Shown here: piece after piece, positions 24,301 through 33,300 of the stretch
Numbering within the stretch: position 1 is the stretch's first letter
Layout of the letters: every line of letters begins with the position of its first letter
Origin: Macrostomum lignano
Taxonomy: Eukaryota
Direction of reading: 5' to 3'
Length of the DNA stretch: 36,998 bases
NCBI GenBank assembly: GCA_002269645.1
Contig: NIVC01001473.1
Location: 1 to 36,998, forward strand
Position numbers and translations under genes: made by a program
Notes under the pieces: generated by a model
What the model was told of the DNA's origin: nothing
Seen by the model: the letters and a program-made list of their open reading frames with translations, nothing else
Databases searched by the model: none

Positions 24301-27300
24301 CCGAGCATAGAAGACATCATGCTCTGGCTCATTATCACCTGCTCCTGCAGAGACTGAATTGTCGCCTCGTAGTCCTGTATGATTAGACGGGTTAACTTTA
24401 TTGATTCGGTAGTTACTGTGTATGTTAACCAAGATGGACCAGACTGCCAGGCTTTATTGGTGGATGTTGTGTTCACCAAGATAGACTAGACTGCCAGGCT
24501 TTATTGGTGGATGTTGTGTTCACCAACATAGACCAGACTGCCAGGCTTTATTGGTGGATGTTGTGTTCACCAAGATAGACTAGACTGCCAGGCTTTATTG
24601 GTGGATGTTGTGTTCACCAAGATAGACTAGACTGCCAGGCTTTATTGGTGGATGTTGTGTTCACCAAGATAGACCAGACTGCCAGGCTTTATTGGTGGAT
24701 GTTGTGTTCACCAAGATAGACCAGACTGCCAGGCTTTATTGGTGGATGTTGTGTTCACCAAGATAGACCAGACTGCCAGGCTTTATTGGTGGATGTTGTG
24801 TTCTTAGACCAGACTGCCAGGCTTTATTGGTGGATGTTGTGTTCACCAAGATAAACCAGACTGCCAGGCTTTATTGGTGGATGTTGTGTTCACTAAGATA
24901 GACCAGACTGCAAGGCTTTATTTGGTGGATGTTGTGTTCACCAAGATAGACCAGACTGTGAGGCTTTATTGGTGGATGTTGTGTTCACCAAGATAGACCA
25001 GACTGTGAGGCTTTATTGGTGGATGTTGTGTTTACCCAGATTGACTACTAGTGAGTAAAAAGTTTAGTTTACTACGGGTTAGAACAGAATGGAACCTTCG
25101 ATGCCAAGGCACTCATTCGTGTTTTACCTTAAAGACAGCTTACCCTTCTCTGCTTCTCAAACTCTCGATCGGCGAGCACTTTGTCTCGCTTATACTGCTC
25201 TTCAAGTTGCAGCAGTCGCAGCTCCATCTCTTTGCGCAAGTCGACGCCTTGCTTTTCTAGTAACTCGGCCATCGCGTACTGCCAGTCCACTCCTTCCGCT
25301 ATGTAATTATGGGCAGATTTTTTACGAATAAATGGTTAATGTCGACATAATTGATTAATTCACGGCTTGCAATCGCAAATAAAACATTTACCTGTCGGCG
25401 TGTCAACTTTCGGCTCCCTCGCCTGCAACGGGTCGGTGAATCGGAACACGTGACTTTTGCCCAGAATCACTCGCGAACCGGACTTCAGTTGCGTTGTGGA
25501 TTGGGAAACTTTCTTGCCGTTCACGTAGCACTCAGCTGAGCCAATCGGGGTCAGGCTGACGGATCCTGTCGCAGGAAAAAGACGGATTGCGGTTTATGTA
25601 GATTTACCAAAACCGGCATAGTTATTTTTTCTCGGGACTTTCCTCCTGAAGAAACAATTGATATTGTTTCTTAAGGAGTTTCCACGATTGATATTACTTC
25701 TCGGTGATTTCGCACGGTTGACGTTACTTCTCGGTGATTTCCCACGATTGACATTACTTCTCGGTGATTTCCCACGATTGACGTTACTTCTCGGTGATTT
25801 CCCACGATTGACATTACTTCTCGGTGATTTCCCACGATTGACGTTACTTCTCGGTGATTTCCCACGATTGACGTTACTTCTCGGTGATTTCCCACGATTG
25901 ACATTACTTCTCAGTGATTTCCCCGACTGGTACTTCTCGGTGATCTCCCACGATTGACATTACTTCTCAGTGATTTCCCACGATTTACATTACTTCTCGG
26001 TGATTTCCCCGACTGGTACTTCTCGGTGATCTCCCACGATTGACAATAATTCTCGTTCGTTTTCTACGATTTTGACTATTTCTACCCCTATTCAAATATG
26101 TTAAACGCAGTTCTCACCGTTGCGTAACTCGAACACGCAATGCTCGGGCTGTATGCAGTCGCCGCTGAGCTGAACATCCTGAGGCACGGTAGCTTCGGGT
26201 CGACCGACTCTGCAAAAATTGCCAAATTTTGTTTAGCTACAAACAACAAGAAGAGGGGTAGCTGGGAGCGGGTAAAAAGGCGATTAAATCTTTACTTAGT
26301 CTCGCCCTCCTTTAGATAGTAGATCAGACACTCGGACATTAACGGGTCCTCGTTCAGATTGACCAGATGCGGCGTACGTTTCGGTGAGAACACTGCCAAT
26401 GAGCCGCCGTCGTTCATGACAGCAAGGCCCATTTCAGCCAGCTGATGCTCCCTGAAGTTCATAGGGTTCATTGCCGGGATATAGCCAGGGGGGCTGCGGA
26501 GCTTCGACTAATTTTGACGCCCCCTAGCCCACTGATTTGGCGCCTTTGATGTCCTTTCTCAGCAGGTGTTGCGCCCTCACACAGGTTTGACGCCCCTGGG
26601 TGCTGGCGCCCAGTGGTGCTGGCGCCCCTTGGTGCTGGCGCCCCTTGGTGCTGGCGCCCCTTGGTGCTGGCGCCCCTTGGTGCTGGCGCCCCTTGGTGCT
26701 GGCGCCCCTTGGTGCTGGCGCCCCTTGGTGCTGGCGCCCCTTGGTGCTGGCGCCCCTTGGTGCTGGCGCCCCTTGGTGCTGGCGCCCCTTGGTGCTGGCG
26801 CCCCTTGGTGCTGGCGCCCTTGGTGCTGGCGCCCCTTGGTGCTGGCGCCCCTTGGTGCTGGCGCCCCTTGGTGCTGGCGCCCCTTGGTGCTGGCGCCCCT
26901 TGGTGCTGGCGCCCCTTGGTGCTGGCGCCCCTTGGTGCTGGCGCCCCTTGGTGCTGGCGCCCCTTGGTGCTGGCGCCCCTTGGTGCTGGCGCCCCTTGGT
27001 GCTGGCGCCCCTTGGTGCTGGCGCCCCTTGGTGCTGGCGCCCCTTGGTGCTGGCGCCCCTTGGTGCTGGCGCCCCTTGGTGCTGGCGCCCCTTGGTGCTG
27101 GCGCCCCTTGGTGCTGGCGCCCCTTGGTGCTGGCGCCCCTTGGTGCTGGCGCCCCTTGGTGCTGGCGCCCCTTGGTGCTGGCGCCCCTTGGTGCTGGCGC
27201 CCCTTGGTGCTGGCGCCCCTTGGTGCTGGCGCCCCTTGGTGCTGGCGCCCCTTGGTGCTGGCGCCCCTTGGTGCTGGCGCCCCTTGGTGCTGGCGCCCCT

Positions 27301-30300
27301 TGGTGCTGGCGCCCCTTGGTGCTGGCGCCCCTTGGTGCTGGCGCTTCCCAAAACACTACGAGCGTAATCTCTAGAGACCAACTTAACCCAGGAACCTTTT
27401 GATTCAAAAAAAATCTTGAGTACTATCAATAGACATTCATCTCTCAAGACTGGCGCCCCTTTACAGGATCGATAATATTGTTTGGGGACTTTCTTGACAC
27501 ATTCAAAAATTATATATCAAGTTACTGTTAAAAACTGTTATTAAGATGACAGACGTATTTATGTACAAACCTCTCCTGTCTAATTGTCTCAGTCTTCTTC
27601 AGTTTCTCCTCCCAGGTTTCGTTGAGTTCGGCAATCAACTTTTCCGAAGTGCGCAGCTTTTCGATGGCGTCTTCGCCACCGCCGCCGCCGCCGCCGCCGC
27701 CGCCGCTGACGCTGCCAGACTTTGGCATCTTCGATGGTGCACCACTGGCTGCTGCTTTCGACATCGTCGGCTGATGTTTTGTTCCACCCGTAAGCGACTG
27801 CGGCGGCTGCGGAGGCGACTGTTGATTGGGCTTGGTAAGCTGTTCAGTGAGCTCGATGCCCTCCAGTTTGATGATGTCTCTGAGCTTCTGAACCTCCTCT
27901 TTGAGTTCGCGGATCAATCGGGCGTTCGGATCCTCGTTGATGACCGCTTTGCAGACGATCTGCTTGGCCCGATCGGCGTATCGAAGGGTGCTCAGCGTCT
28001 CGTCGTAGTTGATGTCAGCTGGACTCAGGGCAGCGATCATGGCCGTCTTTGAGTTGCCGCCTATAGGAGTTTTCCAGGGTCGATATTTTTGCTTGGTGAC
28101 TTTCCGTGATTCATATTGTTGCTTGGGGACTTTACAGGATCGATATTTTTGCTTGGGACTTTCCAGCATCGATATTATTGTTTGGGGACTTAAAGGATCG
28201 ATATTGTTGCTTGGGGACTTTACAGATCGATATTGTTGCTTGGGGACTTTACAGATCGATATTGTTGCTTGGGGACTTTACAGATCGATATTGTTGCTTG
28301 GGGACTTTACAGGATCGATATTTTTGCTTGGGACTTTCCAGCATCGATATTATTGTTTGGGGACTTAAAGGATCGATATTGTTGCTTGGGGACTTTACAG
28401 ATCGATATTGTTGCTTGGGGACTTTACAGATCGATATTGTTGCTTGGGGACTTTCCAGGAGTGATATTGTTGCTTGGGGACTTTACAGATCGATATTGTT
28501 GCTTGGGGACTTTCCAGGAGTGATATTGTTGCTTGGGGACTTTACAGATCGATATTGTCGCTTGGGGACTTTCCAGGAGTGATATTGTTGCTTGGGGACT
28601 TTACAGATCGATATTGTTGCTTGGGGACTTTCCAGGAGTGATATTGTTGCTTGGGGACTTTACAGATCGATATTGTTGCTTGGGGTCTTTCCAGGATCGA
28701 TATTGTTGCTTGGCGACTTTACAGATCGATATTGTTGCTTGGAGACTTTACAGATCGATATTGTTGCTTGGGGACTTTCCAGGAGCGATATTGTTGCTTG
28801 GGGACTTTACAGATCGATACTGTTGCTTGGGGACTTTCCAGGAGCGATATTGTTGCTTGGGGACTTTACAGATCGATACTGTTGCTTGGGGACTTTCCAG
28901 GAGCGATATTGTTGCTTGGGACTTTCCAGAATCGATATTGTTGTTTGGGGACTTAAAGGATCGATATTGTTGCTTGGGGACTTTCCAGGAGTGATATTGT
29001 TGCTTGGGGACTTTACAGATCGATATTGTTGCTTGGGGTCTTTCCAGGATCGATATTGTTGCTTGGCGACTTTACAGATCGATATTGTTGCTTGGAGACT
29101 TTCCAGGGTCGATAATATAGCCTGGAGACTTTACAGGATCGATATTATAGCTTGGGGACTTTCCAGGAGCGATATTGTTGCTTGGGGACTTTACAGATCG
29201 ATACTGTTGCTTGGGGACTTTCCAGGAGCGATATTGTTGCTTGGGACTTTCCAGAATCGATATTGTTGTTTGGGGACTTAAAGGATCGATATTGCTGCTT
29301 GGGGACTTTCCAGGAGTGATATTGTTGCTTGGGGACTTTACAGATCGATATTGTTGCTTGGGGACTTTCCAGGAGTGATATTGTTTCTTGGGGACTTTAC
29401 AGATCGATATTGTTGCTTGGGGTCTTTCCAGGAACGATATTGTTGCTTGGCGACTTTACAGATCGATATTGTTGCTTGGCGAGTTTACAGATCGATATTG
29501 TTGCTTGGCGAGTTTACAGATCGATATTAGTTGGGGACTTTCCAGGATCGATATTATTGTTTGGGGACTTTACAGGATCGATATTGTTGCTTGGGGACTT
29601 TACAGATCGATATTGTTGCTTGGGGACTTTCCAGGGTCGATAATATAGCCTGGAGACTTTACAGGATCGATATTATTGCTTGGGGTCTTTCCAGGATCGA
29701 TATTGTTGCTTGGCGACTTTACAGATCGATATTGTTGCTTGGGGACTTTACAGATCGATATTGTTGCTTGGGGACTTTCCAGGGTCGATAATATAGCCTG
29801 GAGACTTTACAGGATCGATATTATTGCTTGGGGTCTTTCCAGGATCGATATTGTTGCTTGGCGACTTTACAGATCGATATTGTTGCTTGGCGAGTTTACA
29901 GATCGATATTAGTTGGGGACTTTCCAGGATCGATATTATTGCTTGGGGACTTTCCAGGATCGATATTGTTGCTTGGGGACTTTCCAGGGTCGATATTGTT
30001 GCTTGGGGACTTTCCAGGGTCGATGATATAGCTTGGAGACTTTACAGGAAGGATGACAGAGTTTTTGAATTGTCTAATATATTGATTTCGAGATTTTGCA
30101 AACAGGATACCATTGTGCGAATCGATGATCTGCTAGCAGGAAAATTTTTTTCACGATCCATGTTGTTATTAATTGAATCAGGGGCTTTTAAAAGAGGTGA
30201 TTTTCCGAATATCCTCGATTGGAATTAATGGGAGAAATGCTTAATCTGATGATTTTTTGTGTATTCTCACTTTATACACTTCCAGCCTGAAAAATATTTT

Positions 30301-33300
30301 CAACTTTTTCAAGTTGAAACTTTTTCAAACTTTTTCAAAACTTTTTCAAGCAAAGCAAACACGTCTTTAAAGCAAACACGTCCAGTTGTGACTACTGTTT
30401 CAGTAGCATACAGTACCACGAATCCACAAACATTCCTATCAGATTTTTGAATTTTTTCAACTCGAAATGATAGTGAATGAAGCACAATGAAGCTATTAAT
30501 AGAATATAAAGGCTTTCAGTAGCTAACCCTCCCTTGGAGCTCGAATGCCTTTACATTAGTCACTGCATGAACCACACCCAGGCCTCACCCAGTGGACTCA
30601 ATTCCAGGGCAGACTCAAACCAACCGCACTCTACGCTATTACATACCCAGATTCTCGCGCAGAAGCCAAGTTAGCACTGAGTCACGGTACGGAATGAACT
30701 GGGCTATTTTCTTGCTCTTTCGGCGATCCATCTGCAAGAGGTTTTGTTATTTTGTAGGAGTTTAAGATTTTATTCTAGTTAGGAATAAAGCTCGTACTAC
30801 TTGGAAGCTGTACCCTTCTGAATATCAACTTGTTTTCTATTTAAACGGGTATTTGAACCGATAGTACAAAGATATGGTCTTTGATGGGATAGAGGCAATT
30901 CCAGATCCTCTATTTCAGGGCAACCACCGCCACCCACCCTCCCAGGTCCTCAGCTGCAGCCACACTCCCAGATCCTCAGTTGCTGGGCCACCCACTCTCC
31001 AGATCCTCTGCTTCTGGGCCACAGCAGTCACCTTCCCAGATCCTCAGCTGCTGGGTCACCGCAGTCACCCTCCCAGATCCTCAGCTGCTGGGTCACCGCA
31101 GTCACTCACCCTCCCAGATCCTCTGCTTCTGGGCCACTGCAGTCACCCTCCAGATCCTCTGCTTCTGGGCCACTGCAGTCACCCTCCCAGATCCTCTGCT
31201 TCTGGGCCACTGCAGTCACCCTCCCAGATCCTCAGCTGCTGGGCCAGCGCTGTAACCCTCTCAGATGACAGTTCGAACTCCTTCGACAATCAAAAAAGTT
31301 ACTCAGTGGGTCTCTCTGCTCTTTCTATCGATAGATGACTCAACCATGATCGGAGATTTCGATTCCAAATACAGCAACTACTACTGTTATCGAATATTCA
31401 TCCGCTGTCACGAGACGCTTGCAGACTCGATGACTCACCTCGTTGCTCTGCGGGATTAAGGGAAAGGGGGGGAATAGAAAAAGTGTAGATTTATTGCATC
31501 AGGTTAGTAACTGCATGGCCTAAAACAAACGACTTCTGCATCGAATTATGGCATAAATTAGCAAGGCGTTGACCCCTGGAGGTCTGGACTTCCGCGGTTG
31601 AGTACTGCTCTTTCTATTTTCCTTTCCTATTTAGTTTTCGTCTTGTTACTCTGAGTCTCTTTCTGGTTTTGAGTCTTCTGCTTTTTTTGCTCTCTAGCAG
31701 TCTCGAGGACCGCGGGACAGAGAGGGAAATTAAAGGTGCGGTGACTCATACAAGATAAAATGAATGTGTTCGTTAATCATCGAGCTATGATTAATGTACT
31801 CCGGTATTTCAATTCTCACGTATCAGTTTTATCAAACGGACTGATTCACAAGTCATCAAAGCGGTCACCATTAAACTTCTTTCAATCCATCCGTTGATGA
31901 TTAAGTTAAATAATCAGACAGAAACCGTCTTTTAGAACGATTCCAGGCTGTTTAATTTTTAATTTTAATAAATATTTAATAAGATTTTTGTATCCTACTT
32001 TGTATTGTATTGTATTATATCGATCTAAAAATAGATGAACACGTGAGGCTTTGCAAGCTTCAATTGGAAAAGATGAAATTCGACGAGAGTTAGCTATTTT
32101 GGTGTCCTGGACTAACCTCCCTTAGGTAAAGTCGATGTCAGTGACGCACCTTCATATCCAATGACCTTAGTCTCTCTGCCTTTCTCACCTTTTTCAAAGC
32201 CCTCCCGTTGCGCAAAGGCATAAAGCAAACAGGGGCGGAGGCGCTGCACTACAAATTCAAATTGCATTTCTATTTTCTACACTGGCCAGGTCCAGCTATC
32301 TCAAAACCAGCCCTATCTTACTTTCTCAGCCGCGTGTTACTAAAATTAGAAACACAACCGGACCGACCGACAGCCCCAACCTCCCTGGGCGACGCCTCTC
32401 CTCCCCCTCTGCCCAGACAGCCAACCCTGTCCTTTGCTCAGCGGCGCAATATGGACAGGAAGGAGAGAAAAGGGTGGAGCTTGCATAGGACTGGCTGAGG
32501 CACGAGTACTGAGCCCCACACACACCCAACACTGCTCTTCCCCTCGAACAACGTTAAAAAACTGGGCGTCGCAACCAAAAATCGACTAAAACTAACCGGC
32601 CTATATATTAACAACAGACTCCATCGGTCCCAAAAGAATTTTCTCCAATTCAACTGGACTATGCCTGCCTGCATGAGCATCTGCGTTGCAGCCAGTGGCC
32701 AGTTTCAGGCGTCGCAGCAGGTTTCCCCGTCCGACAGATTTTCGTCCAACGCCGTCAGCCCTAGGCGACCAGCGTTGATGCTGGTCGACAATCGGAGCCA
32801 GCCGGCCGCCAACGATCCGGAGGTCCCGATCGGCAATTCATCTTCGACTTCTTCGGATTTCGCCGCGGCAGGCTGTTGCGTCATCGGCGGCCGAGTTCGT
32901 CTTCGTCCTGAAGCTGCCTACGTTCAACTTGGCGACGTTGACGCCCCAGGAGCCCGGTGCGTGCGCATTGTGCACATCGGCGACTCGTTCTACCGAAAGC
33001 GTCGGGGTGGAACTGCTGTTGAACTGGCGGGTCGGATACCAGACGGAGACGTGCTGGTGCACTCCGGCGGCGACTTCGGCTCCGACGGTGGCTTCAGCAG
33101 AGACAATGGTAACACCAGGGCGAGCCTCAGAGACCGTTTTGGCAGCATTCTCAGTCCACTGCTGAGACGGCGCAAGCTGCACCAGCTGCGCGACCTGCTG
33201 TCGGCGCTGCCGCACCGGCACAAAATCTTGGTGCCCGCTTGCGACACAAACGTCGGCCAGAGAGATGTTCAACAGCTGCTTGGCTCTGCTTGCCACTGCT

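Noticed and set aside
24429-25045. Regular ~45-nt repeats resembling a CRISPR array
   Set aside because: Units are contiguous with no unique spacers, lie in a eukaryotic intron, and there are no cas genes.
26524-27447. 250-300-aa ORFs in several frames ([16 protein letters not shown] / [10 protein letters not shown])
   Set aside because: The 16-nt stop-free GC repeat is open in nearly all frames and is intronic.
28106-30228. Many LLLGDF / DRYCCLG ORFs
   Set aside because: Satellite translation.
31265-31459. MIGDFDSK resembling the non-LTR endonuclease GDFN motif
   Set aside because: A single short motif with no other APE motifs nearby.
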